A stretch of 64,000 bases of DNA. It comes from a virus. Under the pieces are notes generated by a model. That model had not been told where the DNA came from. It was given only the letters and a program-made list of their open reading frames with translations, and ran no database searches. Location of the stretch: IMG/VR virus record IMGVR_UViG_3300045988_167643; one strand, given 5' to 3'. The position numbers were made by a program, and so were the translations under genes. Shown here piece after piece: positions 34,873-45,066 of this stretch (its first letter is position 1; each line of letters opens with the position of its first letter).

Positions 34873-35697
34873 ATGAGTAAAAATAATTCTGTTGTAAGGT
34901 ATAATGATGAACTATATACTCTGTTAAATAAAATATCAGTGAGTTTATCATCATGTTTTAATAAGAAAAGTATAGCGTCTTGTTGTTGGCGTTCAAATAT
35001 ATATGCAGAGAAATTATTAGAATACTGTTATGGAGATGAACCACTTTCATTACCTATTGATCTTGATAAAATAGAAAACAAATTAAAAATATTTACTGGG
35101 CAAGTAGATATGAAAGATTTCTCAAATGATAATATTAAAAGACCAAATCGTAAAGTTTCTCAGTTATTGATAGAGAAGAACCCTATTACACAGGAAAACG
35201 AAGTGATTATTTATGTTGACAAGAACATACCAACTTTACAAAAAAGATATGCAGTAACAAATGAAATAGCAAAATATATACTACATATAGATGATAAAAA
35301 GATATATGAAAATTATTTTGTAATGCCCATACTTCCAGCAAATTCTTACGATTTGATTGCAGATATTTTTTCAATCTTTTTATTAGTTCCTATGAAACTT
35401 TTTCTTGATGAGTTTTATGAATATGTAAAATATAGGAGTGATACTCAGAAAATTCCAATAAGTACAGAAGAGTGGATAAAATATCTTGCAGAAAGGGCTG
35501 GCGTACCAGAATACTATGTTGCTTATGGGTATCAATATTTAAGGAGCTGCGCATTTTTGATTTATCAGGCTTGGACTGCAGATTCGGAAAAAATAAAAGA
35601 AATTAAAATGACAAAGACTGAATTAAAAGAAATTAAAAATTGTATTTCAGAAGAAAAATTTAATAAATTAAAGTATTTGCTATATCAAATTGAATAA
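34873..35697 (+). CDS. hypothetical protein
   Basis: 274-aa ORF; no clear catalytic motif. Confidence 0.55.
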   Translation: MSKNNSVVRYNDELYTLLNKISVSLSSCFNKKSIASCCWRSNIYAEKLLEYCYGDEPLSLPIDLDKIENKLKIFTGQVDMKDFSNDNIKRPNRKVSQLLIEKNPITQENEVIIYVDKNIPTLQKRYAVTNEIAKYILHIDDKKIYENYFVMPILPANSYDLIADIFSIFLLVPMKLFLDEFYEYVKYRSDTQKIPISTEEWIKYLAERAGVPEYYVAYGYQYLRSCAFLIYQAWTADSEKIKEIKMTKTELKEIKNCISEEKFNKLKYLLYQIE

Positions 35698-35723
35698 CAT
35701 AGAAAGCTTAAGAGGTAATTATT

Positions 35724-36098
35724 ATGTTACATTATAAAGTTGATAAATATACTATTGGCGGTACGCTTCAATATTATACTCATAAAATTTTTGAAGAGAC
35801 AGGATTGCAATATAGAGAAGATGAAATTAAAGATGGAGATGTTTTTGCATTTGCTTACTTAGAAGATGAAAGGGCGACCAATTTTTTCTGTAAACCAGTA
35901 AAAGGTAGAATAGATGGTTATATGTTTTTTGAGTATAAAAAGAATGGTGAATTAAAGAAAAATGGTGTAGGTATTGGAGCCAGAATATATGCAGATACAT
36001 ATGAGGAAGCGGTAGAAGGCTTTAATATCCTTATTCAGAATAGAATTAAACGATTAAAAGAAGAGATTAATAGAGTAGAGAATTTTTTAATCGAATAA
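35724..36098 (+). CDS. hypothetical protein
   Basis: 124-aa ORF. Confidence 0.55.
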   Translation: MLHYKVDKYTIGGTLQYYTHKIFEETGLQYREDEIKDGDVFAFAYLEDERATNFFCKPVKGRIDGYMFFEYKKNGELKKNGVGIGARIYADTYEEAVEGFNILIQNRIKRLKEEINRVENFLIE

Positions 36099-36123
36099 AA
36101 ATTTAGTTTGATTGGAGAAATTT

Positions 36124-36501
36124 ATGTTCAGTACAATTATAGCTATTATTGGTATTATGGTTTTTACCATTTTAATAATTTTTCTTATATGTTTAATGCT
36201 GCAAGAAAAAATTGAAAAAAGTATATATAAAATTCCTTTTATTACTAAAAAAGTAGAATGTTACAAAATTAATAAACGTATAAAAGATGTATTTAATAGT
36301 GCTGTTTATGACCAAAATAGAAGAATATCTATGGCAATGATGGAAGGTAAAAAACATACAATATTTATATTTGCAAACGATGAATATTATTTTAATCCAT
36401 GGAATACGTATAAGAAGCAATATAGACAAATTTTGTTTGACATGGGAATGAAATATTACAAAAGATACAAAATAGATGGAGATAAAATCTCCTGGGATTA
36501 A
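36124..36501 (+). CDS. membrane-anchored hypothetical protein
   Basis: ATG 36124; N-terminal TM FSTIIAIIGIMVFTILIIFLICLML. Confidence 0.5.
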   Translation: MFSTIIAIIGIMVFTILIIFLICLMLQEKIEKSIYKIPFITKKVECYKINKRIKDVFNSAVYDQNRRISMAMMEGKKHTIFIFANDEYYFNPWNTYKKQYRQILFDMGMKYYKRYKIDGDKISWD

Positions 36502-36572
36502 TTCTTATAGCTGCGATTCCGCAGTTAATTTCCAGAATAAATAAAAATTGAATAGGGAAGAAGGTATTGTAG

Positions 36573-36950
36573 ATGAAATATTTCATTATTTTAATCACTA
36601 TGATTTTTTGCCATATAGTGGATGACTATTATCTTCAAGGATGGTTAGCGTCTGCGAAACAAAAATCGTGGTGGAAGAAAAATGCTCCAGATGATTTATA
36701 TAAGCATGATTATCTGATGGCGTTATTTATGCATAGTTTTAGCTGGACATTTATGATGATGCTTGCACCAACATTGTATGTAATTATATTTGGTGGACAT
36801 TATTATCCGTTAGTGTTTGTGCTTAATGTAATAATTCACATGATCACTGATAATATGAAAGCCAATAAGAAAGAGATTAATTTGATTCAGGATCAGTTAA
36901 TTCATTTAGCACAAATTGCTGCAACATTTTTAGTTTTATTTTGGAAGTAG
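36573..36950 (+). CDS. integral membrane protein (DUF3307-like)
   Basis: FCHIVDDYYLQGW motif plus multiple TM segments. Confidence 0.45.
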   Translation: MKYFIILITMIFCHIVDDYYLQGWLASAKQKSWWKKNAPDDLYKHDYLMALFMHSFSWTFMMMLAPTLYVIIFGGHYYPLVFVLNVIIHMITDNMKANKKEINLIQDQLIHLAQIAATFLVLFWK

Positions 36951-36957
36951 GTAATGA

Positions 36958-37248
36958 ATGGATAGAGCAGAAAGACGTAAGGAAACTTTTAGAGTAATTA
37001 GGCAGAGAAAAAGGAAGTTAAAAGCATACCAACATAATTCAGATGATTCTCTATGTGATGGGAAATTAAAAAACAATAATGAGATGAATGCATTTCGTTA
37101 TACAAAGAAAAAAACCAATTGGAAAAAGCGACATGCAAATTGGAGAACAAATTTTGGATATGGTGTTGGTATGGATTGGAAAAAGCATGACAAACAACAA
37201 TTAGAGGACATGGATCACCAAGAGGAGGAATGGAAAAATGAACAATAA
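36958..37248 (+). CDS. basic hypothetical protein
   Basis: 96 aa, Arg/Lys-rich. Confidence 0.5.
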   Translation: MDRAERRKETFRVIRQRKRKLKAYQHNSDDSLCDGKLKNNNEMNAFRYTKKKTNWKKRHANWRTNFGYGVGMDWKKHDKQQLEDMDHQEEEWKNEQ

Positions 37249-37447
37249 AAGAAATAGTAGCAGTTCAAGTGGTATGGGAATTTTAGGTGTTTTGCAGATT
37301 GTGTTTCTGGTACTTAAGCTTACCGGACTGATCACATGGTCGTGGCCAGTTGTTCTAATTCCGTTATGGATTAGTCTTGGAATATTTGTGATTTTCCTTA
37401 TTTTTGTGATTATTGCAGTAACAGGTCATTACAAATGGAAACGATAA
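37238..37447 (+). CDS. small membrane protein
   Basis: 69 aa, two TM segments. Confidence 0.5.
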   Translation: MNNKRNSSSSSGMGILGVLQIVFLVLKLTGLITWSWPVVLIPLWISLGIFVIFLIFVIIAVTGHYKWKR

Positions 37448-37479
37448 AGGTTTGGTTTTATGAGCAAGCACCATTTGCT

Positions 37480-37518
37480 ATTAAAAATAAAAGAGGACTG
37501 TCGTGATGACCAGCCCTC
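37480..37518 (-). terminator. rho-independent terminator for the minus-strand gene
   Basis: GAGGGCTG/CAGTCCTC stem (one mismatch) at 37493-37518, followed on the minus strand by a TTTTATTTTT tract. Confidence 0.55.
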
Positions 37519-37553
37519 ATAAAAGGAGAAACATATGTTCAATCAAGACAGCG

Positions 37554-37763
37554 TTATTTTGGGATATTAATATTTATATCTTTGGACATCATTTTGGCTA
37601 TTGACTTCACTTGTTCATCAGACAAGTTGGATTCAGTGACTTTGTGCACCAAATAGCACTTTCCGACTACAGAAGTAATATGACAAATAGCATAAATGAT
37701 AGCAATTCCAAAACTACCATATAATAATATCGTCATTATAACGTTCTGTCCTTTCTTATTCAT
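37554..37763 (-). CDS. minus-strand small membrane protein (69 aa)
   Basis: One of only three credible minus-strand genes. N-terminal TM VIMTILLYGSFGIAIIYAICHI; own terminator downstream. Confidence 0.55.
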   Translation of the reverse strand: MNKKGQNVIMTILLYGSFGIAIIYAICHITSVVGKCYLVHKVTESNLSDEQVKSIAKMMSKDININIPK

Positions 37764-37913
37764 ATGTTAAAACGTGCTTTTAGCACTCCCACAGGTTCCT
37801 CACCAGGATACAGTAGCGTGCAACGTTCCTGGTGTGGTATCCATGGAACTACTAATATCTTAATTGATAACTGTAATACAATTCTCTTGAAAAATCAATA
37901 AAGGAGTATACAA

Positions 37914-38081
37914 ATGACGGTAAAAACTGTAAAAGAATTAATTGATGTTCTGAAAGATTATCCTCAGAACATGCGTGTTGCATCTGCGTGTCTTCCATTT
38001 GATGATTTAGAAGTTAATTTGCGTCATTATGAGAGCGATAATTATAAAGTAGAAGAATTTGATTTTATAGCAATTGATTAG
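37914..38081 (+). CDS. small hypothetical protein (55 aa)
   Basis: Below track cutoff; AAAGGAG RBS 8 nt upstream. Confidence 0.45.
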   Translation: MTVKTVKELIDVLKDYPQNMRVASACLPFDDLEVNLRHYESDNYKVEEFDFIAID

Positions 38082-38101
38082 TTTTAAAAAGGAGAATATA
38101 T

Positions 38102-38536
38102 ATGACAAAAGCAGAATTAATTTTCTATGAAATGACAGATAGAGAAATTTTCAGTAGAGCTAAAACAGTTTATGAGAAGTTAGGAATGAGTGAAAAAGGA
38201 CTTCTCTCAGTTATGCGTCCAACGATGGGTGCTGTAACAATTCTTTCAGTGGATCTCACAAATAAGATCAGAGATGCTGTAAGTATGCAGTATGACGATT
38301 TTCTTGCAGATGACTATATTGAAAGAGCAAAGAAAATTCAGAATGAAATGAAAGAAAAGAGAGAAGAAAGTATTAAGGGGCAGAAAGTAAGTAATTCATA
38401 TATTGATAAATTCAATAAAGAGGTACAGGACTCAGACAATGATTTTGAGAGAGAATGTACTAAAGAAATTATCAGACTTATAAAATTACTTCCTGATAAA
38501 TCTGCCAAGAAACTCATTAAAAAATATTTTGAATAA
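38102..38536 (+). CDS. hypothetical protein
   Basis: 144 aa; AAAGGAG RBS. Confidence 0.55.
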   Translation: MTKAELIFYEMTDREIFSRAKTVYEKLGMSEKGLLSVMRPTMGAVTILSVDLTNKIRDAVSMQYDDFLADDYIERAKKIQNEMKEKREESIKGQKVSNSYIDKFNKEVQDSDNDFERECTKEIIRLIKLLPDKSAKKLIKKYFE

Positions 38537-38555
38537 AAAATAAGGAGAAAAAATT

Positions 38556-40604
38556 ATGAAGATGTATGATCCGGAAATCTGGAAAAATGAGAACAATGGA
38601 TATGAGGAACTTATTGAAAACATTAAGAAAACTTTTGCATCAAAATTGAAAGACAATGTAAAAACACCATTATTCAGAACAAGCGTATCTGACTTATTTG
38701 ACACATTTCTTTACTATCTTCCAGATGCTTGCAAACAGGAATATACATGTAGAGCTTGTAAACACTTTGTAGATCGATTTGGTGGACTTGTATTTATTAA
38801 AGAAGATGGAACAACTGAGTCTGCTATTTGGAATGTTGAAAATATTCCTGGAATGTTTATTGAGCCAATTACACAGATGAAAGAGATTGTTGAATCTGCA
38901 CAGGTCCAGGATATATTCGTATCAGACTATGTGGATCTTGGAACATATGATACTAATGGATTCCATCATTTTTCTGTAAAACTTCCAAGAGTAATGATCA
39001 ATACATCAAGAGTAAAAAATGCATCACAGGTATCTGCTGAGAAAGCTGAAGATTATGGAATGCTGAAAAGAGCACTTGAGAAGTATTCCATGCCACAGAT
39101 TGATCAGGCACTTAATTTATTAGAATCCGGAAGTTTATATAGAGGTAGCAGCTATGTAGCAATGTGCAAATGGTTTAAGGAAACAAAAGAGAAGATTGCT
39201 TCTATCAATGATCAGCCACAGCACACTAATATGATTTGGAAATATGCTGCTACAGCTCCAAATGGATTTACTCACATTTCCGGAAGTATGTTAGGTACAT
39301 TACTTGACTATATTGTAGATGGTGATGACTTTGATACTATCAAGCGTAAATTTGAGACTAATATGAGTGCCGAGAATTATAGACGTTCACAGTCTGCACC
39401 TACTCAGAGAGCTGTTGAAAGTGCTGAAAAACTTATTGAAAAACTTGGTCTTGCAGATTCACTTAGAAGAAGATATGCAAAACTGGATGAGCTTCCTGAG
39501 AATGAATTTATTTGGAAGAGTAAAACTGAAAAGAAAGATGAAGTAAAGACTGGAGTATTTGCAGGAGTTCAGACTAAAGCTGTAGATAGTAATGAAACAA
39601 AATCTGTAATTCCACAGGTAACTATGACATGGGATAAATTCGGAAAAACAATTCTTCCTACCGCAGATAAATTGGAAGTAAAGGTTGATGGAACAACTCA
39701 TCTTATGGGAATGGTAACAGCTGCGGTTCCGGAATCTGAAAATATTATGAACTGGGATAATCCATTTTCTTGGTATTATCAGAGTGGTATTGATTCTGTG
39801 ATTCGTGAGCGACTTGAAGCAAAAGGTGCAAAATATGAAGGTTGTGAGATCAGATGCTCTCTAATCTGGAATACACGAACAGATTTAGATTTGCATTGTA
39901 TTTGTCCTGATGGAGTAGAAATTTATTTTGGACATAAGAATCACGGATATGGTTCATTGGATGTTGATGCAAATGTTCATGGTGAGACAGTAACACCTGT
40001 TGAGAACATTCGTTGGCCACTTGGTAAAGTTCCAGAAGGACGTTATAAATTCTTTGTTAATAACTATACAAATAGAGCAACCCAGAATCCATATAAATTA
40101 GAGCTTGAAGTAAATGGAAAAATTTATACTTATGATGGAAATCTTATAAGTGATAGTTGTAGAAAAAATACAGACGTAGTATTTGAATTTGATTATTGTC
40201 ATGGCGAAGATCCTAAGTTTACTGCAAATTCTAAAAAGACAGAAACTAAAGAAACTTGGGGAATTAGCAACGGATTCTCAGAAGTTGTTGCAATTATTCC
40301 GTCTCCAAACATGTGGGGAGAAAATCCATATAAACGATCTGGTGAACATACTTTCTTCTTATTGAAAGACTGCAAAGATATGACAGGCGGAGTTGGACGT
40401 GGTTTCTTTACTGAAATGCTTAAGGGTGATTTACAGGAAATTAGAAAAACACTTGAGGCATATACAGCTTCAACACCTATTGAAGGTGAAGATGAAGCAA
40501 GTGCTTGTGGTGTTGGCTACAGTAAAGATAAAGAGTGGAATCTGATTGTAAAAGTGACTACCGGCAACATTGTAAAAATGATTAAGATTGATAGGTTTGA
40601 CTGA
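38556..40604 (+). CDS. large hypothetical protein (682 aa)
   Basis: AAGGAG RBS; N-terminal CxxC; beta-rich segment LIWNTRTDLDLHCICPDGVEIYF...LDVDANV; family not recognised. Confidence 0.65.
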   Translation: MKMYDPEIWKNENNGYEELIENIKKTFASKLKDNVKTPLFRTSVSDLFDTFLYYLPDACKQEYTCRACKHFVDRFGGLVFIKEDGTTESAIWNVENIPGMFIEPITQMKEIVESAQVQDIFVSDYVDLGTYDTNGFHHFSVKLPRVMINTSRVKNASQVSAEKAEDYGMLKRALEKYSMPQIDQALNLLESGSLYRGSSYVAMCKWFKETKEKIASINDQPQHTNMIWKYAATAPNGFTHISGSMLGTLLDYIVDGDDFDTIKRKFETNMSAENYRRSQSAPTQRAVESAEKLIEKLGLADSLRRRYAKLDELPENEFIWKSKTEKKDEVKTGVFAGVQTKAVDSNETKSVIPQVTMTWDKFGKTILPTADKLEVKVDGTTHLMGMVTAAVPESENIMNWDNPFSWYYQSGIDSVIRERLEAKGAKYEGCEIRCSLIWNTRTDLDLHCICPDGVEIYFGHKNHGYGSLDVDANVHGETVTPVENIRWPLGKVPEGRYKFFVNNYTNRATQNPYKLELEVNGKIYTYDGNLISDSCRKNTDVVFEFDYCHGEDPKFTANSKKTETKETWGISNGFSEVVAIIPSPNMWGENPYKRSGEHTFFLLKDCKDMTGGVGRGFFTEMLKGDLQEIRKTLEAYTASTPIEGEDEASACGVGYSKDKEWNLIVKVTTGNIVKMIKIDRFD

Positions 40605-40605
40605 T

Positions 40606-41640
40606 ATGAACATTGAAGAGATTAAGAAAAAAGTAGCTGGTCCGGACTATGATTTTCTGAGAAACAATGAACACCTTGGCTCCAACATTATTTTGTTGGG
40701 GTTAGGTGGAAGCTATAGCTATGGTACTCAAAAATCTGACGGAACGAGCGATTTGGATTTGAGGGGAATTTGCTTAAATAAAAAGCATGAAATTCTTACT
40801 AACCAGAATTTTGAACAATTTATCAACGAAGATACAGATACAACTATTTATGCGTTTAATAAGATTATTTATCTTATGGCAGCTTGCAACCCTAATGTTA
40901 TTGAGCTAGGAGGGCTTAAACCAGAACATTATTTATATATTCATCCAATTGGACAAGAAATATTAGATAATGCACATATGTTTTTATCTAAAAGGGCAAT
41001 TCATTCATTTGGTGGTTATGCCTCGCAACAATTAAGAAGAACAAATAACAAGGCAGCTCGTTTAGTAGGACAAACAGAGCGTGAACAACATATTTTAAAT
41101 TCGATAAACAATGCATTTTATACTTTTCCTACAAAATATTTTACATTTCCGGATGATTCTATAAAACTATATGTAGATAAGGCGGTTCAAGAAGACTATG
41201 ATACCGAAGTATTTATGGATATTAATCTAAAGCATTATCCGTTACGTGACTATAAATCTATGTGGTCCGAAATGAATAATATTGTTAAAGATTACTCGAA
41301 AATTGGTAAGCGTAATAAACATGCGGTAGAGCATGGAAAATTAGGTAAGCACATGATGCATTTGGTTCGCCTGTACTATATGTGTTTTGATATTTTGGAA
41401 AATGAGAAGATTATTACATACAGAGAAAAAGAACATTATTTGTTGATGGACATTAGAAATGGTAAATATTTAGATGAAAACAAACAGCCAATTCCAGAAT
41501 TCTTTGAGATGGTAAATGAGTTGGAAAAGAGACTGGAATATGATGCAGAAAACACATCACTTCCAGACAGTCCGGATTATAAAAGAATCAATGAGTTTGT
41601 TATGTCTGTAAACGAAAGAATTGTGAAAGGAGAAATTTAA
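40606..41640 (+). CDS. Pol-beta-superfamily nucleotidyltransferase (RlaP-like)
   Basis: LGLGGSYSYGTQKSDGTSDLDLRGI matches the GS...G...SD.D.RG nucleotidyltransferase motif of the RNA-repair-associated RlaP family (from memory). Confidence 0.5.
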   Translation: MNIEEIKKKVAGPDYDFLRNNEHLGSNIILLGLGGSYSYGTQKSDGTSDLDLRGICLNKKHEILTNQNFEQFINEDTDTTIYAFNKIIYLMAACNPNVIELGGLKPEHYLYIHPIGQEILDNAHMFLSKRAIHSFGGYASQQLRRTNNKAARLVGQTEREQHILNSINNAFYTFPTKYFTFPDDSIKLYVDKAVQEDYDTEVFMDINLKHYPLRDYKSMWSEMNNIVKDYSKIGKRNKHAVEHGKLGKHMMHLVRLYYMCFDILENEKIITYREKEHYLLMDIRNGKYLDENKQPIPEFFEMVNELEKRLEYDAENTSLPDSPDYKRINEFVMSVNERIVKGEI

Positions 41641-41642
41641 TT

Positions 41643-44270
41643 TTGTACGGTTTAAAAAGTAGTGAAGTAGAAAAGCAGAGAGAAAAGTATGGTAGTAATA
41701 AACTGCCAGAGAAAAAGCTGAAAACATGGTTTCAGTTCTTTATGGAAACATTTAAAGATCACATAAATCAGATTCTATTAGCAATGATGATTGTATTTAC
41801 AGTTATTGCAGTGTTTGGACAGGGATCTTATTCAGAACCGATTGGTGTAGCAGTAGTATTATTGGCAATCGCATTGTTAGGAATGAACACCGGACTGAAA
41901 AGCCAGAAAAGTACAAAAGAGTTGAAGGATAGGACATCAGTTCATTATTGTAATGTAATCAGAAATGGAAAAATCGAGCATATCAATACAAATGATTTGG
42001 TTGTCGGTGATCTGGTTATCATTCAGTCCGGAGAAGCCATTCATGCAGATGGTTATCTGGTAGAAGGAAATATAAAAGTTGACAACTCTGTATTGAATGG
42101 AGAGTCAGAGCCTTGCAAAAAAACAGCATGGGATAAAGAAGATTCACCTATCGCATTTGGTGGTCAGAGAAAAGCGGATTCAAGTGATTATACAAATTCT
42201 TACGCACTGTTTTCCGGAACAACGGTAACAGACGGTGAAGGAAAGATGATCGTAACTAATGTTGGTGTTGACACAGTAAACGGTCAGACAATTTCGACCA
42301 TTGATGAAATCGAAGAAACAAAGACTTCCCTGGAAATCCAGTTGGAGGATCTTGCTGGACAGATTAGTAAATTCGGGTATATCGGAGCTTTAATCATTGT
42401 TGTAGCATTGATTATCACAAACATTATCCAGTACGGCGGTATCGCTGAATACTTTGGAATGGGTTGGATTGGTATTTTGAAAAATATTCTTACCATTGCA
42501 GTAACTGCGCTTACCATTATTGTCGCAGCAGTACCAGAAGGACTTCCGTTGATTATTAACCTTATTACCGCGCAGAATGCAAAAGTAATGATTAAACACA
42601 ATGTCCTAGCTAAACACACTAACAAGATTCCAGAAGCAGGTAATATTCAGTTACTTTGTACCGACAAAACAGGAACGCTTACAGTTGGGAAACTTGTTCC
42701 AGTAGAGAATGTAATGGGTGATGGAAAATCTATTATAGAAGATGAAAATACATATAATTTGTTTAAATATAATGTCATCTTAAATAGTAGTGCAATGTTT
42801 GATGAAAATAATAAAATTGTTGGTGGAAATGCCACAGAGAGAGCATTACTTTCTTTAGTTAATGCAGATGAGTATAAGAAAATCACTGGATCTACAACTA
42901 TTGTAAACAAGAAGAGTTTTAATAGTGCAAATAAATTTAGTGCTGTTGAAACAGAATATAACGGTGAGACATTTACATATTATAAAGGTGCTCCAGAGAG
43001 ATTGATTGATGCAGCAACAAAATGCGTGACTCTAAACGGTCTTGAGCCTATTGATAAAGATAAACTTAAAATGATTGTAAGATCATATACCGTTAAAGCA
43101 ATGAGAGTAATTGCTACTGGTTATAGTTCTTCTAAGCTTCCAGAAGATGGATTCCCAAATGATCTTATTATTACATCTTTGGTTGCAATTCGTGATGATG
43201 TTCGTCCGGAAGTACCAGAAGCAGTGGCAAAAATGCACGATGCAGGAGTCCAAGTAATGATGGTAACTGGCGACGTTATCGACACAGCGAAAGCTATCGC
43301 AAAAGATGCTGGATTGATCACAAGTGAATCTGATATTGCAATGTCTGCTATTGACTTTGATGCATTGTCAGATGAAGAGGCAAAAGAAAAACTTCCTTAT
43401 ATTAAAGTTATTGCTAGAGCAACACCAAACACTAAACTTAGAATTGTACGTTTAGCTCAAGAACTTGGTCTTTGTGTAGGTATGACTGGCGATGGAACAA
43501 ATGATGCACCAGCACTGAAAGCTGCAGATGTTGGATTCTCAATGGGATCTGGAACAGACGTATGTAAAGAAGCTGGAGATATTATTATCACAGATGACAA
43601 CTTTGTATCTATCACAGATGCGGTTCTTCTTGGAAGAACATTCATGCACAACGTTATGAAGTTCCTGAAATTCCAATTGCCTATCAATGTAGGTCTGGTA
43701 ATTCTAAGTATTTTATATCCGATCATCATGGCTGTAGAAGCAGTCGCAGCAGTACAGATTCTTGTAATTAACATTGTTATGGATTCTCTTAATTCACTTT
43801 CCTTTGGTGGAGAACCGGCGAAAGATGAATATATGAAAGAAAAGCCTATTCCGAAAGGATCAAAACTTCTTTCAAAAGAAACTATCGGTCAGATTGCAGT
43901 ATCAGTTGTGGCATTTATTGGAATCTTTGGTATTACTTTATTACCACCGGTACAGAAAATTTTCGGAAACAATGAGTCTGTTTATGCCACAGTCAGATTT
44001 GCACTACTCATTATGATGGCAACATTCAACGGATTTAATATTAGAACAGACGGATTCAATCTGTTTAAGGGTATCGGCAAAAATAAACTTTTCATCGAAA
44101 TTGCAGTTGTAATTTTCGCCTTAACATTTGCTCTGGCACAGTTCGGGGGAGATATTATGGGATGTACAGCAATGACGCTTATGCAGTGGGGTGTAACAGT
44201 TGTTTTGGCATTTATGATTATCCCAATTGATTTAGTACGAAAAGCTGTTATAAAAATTAAAAGAAAGTAG
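41643..44270 (+). CDS. P-type cation-transporting ATPase (P2, Ca2+-ATPase-like)
   Basis: CTDKTGTLT phosphorylation site, AVPEGLP (TM4), MVTGDVIDTA, GMTGDGTNDAPALK; 875 aa; TTG start. Confidence 0.85.
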   Translation: MYGLKSSEVEKQREKYGSNKLPEKKLKTWFQFFMETFKDHINQILLAMMIVFTVIAVFGQGSYSEPIGVAVVLLAIALLGMNTGLKSQKSTKELKDRTSVHYCNVIRNGKIEHINTNDLVVGDLVIIQSGEAIHADGYLVEGNIKVDNSVLNGESEPCKKTAWDKEDSPIAFGGQRKADSSDYTNSYALFSGTTVTDGEGKMIVTNVGVDTVNGQTISTIDEIEETKTSLEIQLEDLAGQISKFGYIGALIIVVALIITNIIQYGGIAEYFGMGWIGILKNILTIAVTALTIIVAAVPEGLPLIINLITAQNAKVMIKHNVLAKHTNKIPEAGNIQLLCTDKTGTLTVGKLVPVENVMGDGKSIIEDENTYNLFKYNVILNSSAMFDENNKIVGGNATERALLSLVNADEYKKITGSTTIVNKKSFNSANKFSAVETEYNGETFTYYKGAPERLIDAATKCVTLNGLEPIDKDKLKMIVRSYTVKAMRVIATGYSSSKLPEDGFPNDLIITSLVAIRDDVRPEVPEAVAKMHDAGVQVMMVTGDVIDTAKAIAKDAGLITSESDIAMSAIDFDALSDEEAKEKLPYIKVIARATPNTKLRIVRLAQELGLCVGMTGDGTNDAPALKAADVGFSMGSGTDVCKEAGDIIITDDNFVSITDAVLLGRTFMHNVMKFLKFQLPINVGLVILSILYPIIMAVEAVAAVQILVINIVMDSLNSLSFGGEPAKDEYMKEKPIPKGSKLLSKETIGQIAVSVVAFIGIFGITLLPPVQKIFGNNESVYATVRFALLIMMATFNGFNIRTDGFNLFKGIGKNKLFIEIAVVIFALTFALAQFGGDIMGCTAMTLMQWGVTVVLAFMIIPIDLVRKAVIKIKRK

Positions 44271-44278
44271 GAAAGTAT

Positions 44279-44467
44279 ATGGTTAAAAGAGATAAAGAGT
44301 ACAAGAAAATTGAAAATATAACCTTGTGTTGTTACGCCGTAGGGCTGGGGCTTGCATGTGCAACAAAGTTTCTGCCATTTATCCTTTTAACTGTTATGGC
44401 ATATCCTATTTCATTTCGAGTAGTAGATAATAAATGGAGTGGTAAAAATGCCACTCCTAGAAAATAA
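44279..44467 (+). CDS. small membrane protein
   Basis: 62 aa; [29 protein letters not shown]. Confidence 0.45.
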   Translation: MVKRDKEYKKIENITLCCYAVGLGLACATKFLPFILLTVMAYPISFRVVDNKWSGKNATPRK

Positions 44468-44481
44468 AAGGAGAAAATATT

Positions 44482-45048
44482 ATGGTAAGTTTAGTAAAAG
44501 GACAGAAAGTAGATCTTACAAAAGGAAACGCAGGATTAAAGCAGATTATCGTTGGTTTGGGATGGGATGCAAATAAGTACGATGGTGATAATTTTGATCT
44601 GGATTCGGCAGCATTTCTTCTTGGAACAAATGGAAAAGTAAGAAATTCAGATGATTTCGTATATTATAACAATCTCAAACATTCAAGTTGTGCAGTTCAG
44701 CATATGGGTGACAATCTTACTGGTTTAGGCAATGGAGACGATGAGCAGATTATCGTTGATTTGACAAAGATTCCGGCTGATGTTGAAAAAATTGCATTTA
44801 CAGTAACTATCTATATGGCAGAAGAGAGACTGCAGAACTTCGGTATGGTTTCCAATTCATACATTAGAATGGTAAACAAAGACAATGATGAAGAGATGAT
44901 CCGCTACGACCTGGGAGAAGATTATTCCACAGAAACAGCAATGGTTCTTGGCGAACTGTATCGCCACAACGGAGAATGGAAATTCAATGCTATTGGACAG
45001 GGATATTCCGGTGGTTTACAGGCACTTTGCAGTAGTTTTGGAGTTTAA
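44482..45048 (+). CDS. terD: TerD-domain protein
   Basis: [57 protein letters not shown]. Confidence 0.85.
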   Translation: MVSLVKGQKVDLTKGNAGLKQIIVGLGWDANKYDGDNFDLDSAAFLLGTNGKVRNSDDFVYYNNLKHSSCAVQHMGDNLTGLGNGDDEQIIVDLTKIPADVEKIAFTVTIYMAEERLQNFGMVSNSYIRMVNKDNDEEMIRYDLGEDYSTETAMVLGELYRHNGEWKFNAIGQGYSGGLQALCSSFGV

Positions 45049-45066
45049 TGTAGGAGGAAATAAATA

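Noticed and set aside
34674-34877. Two tiny ORFs (28 and 40 aa) between 34679 and 34873, possibly a frameshifted single gene
   Set aside because: There is no homology, no convincing RBS and no homopolymer at the putative shift site, so there is too little support to annotate.
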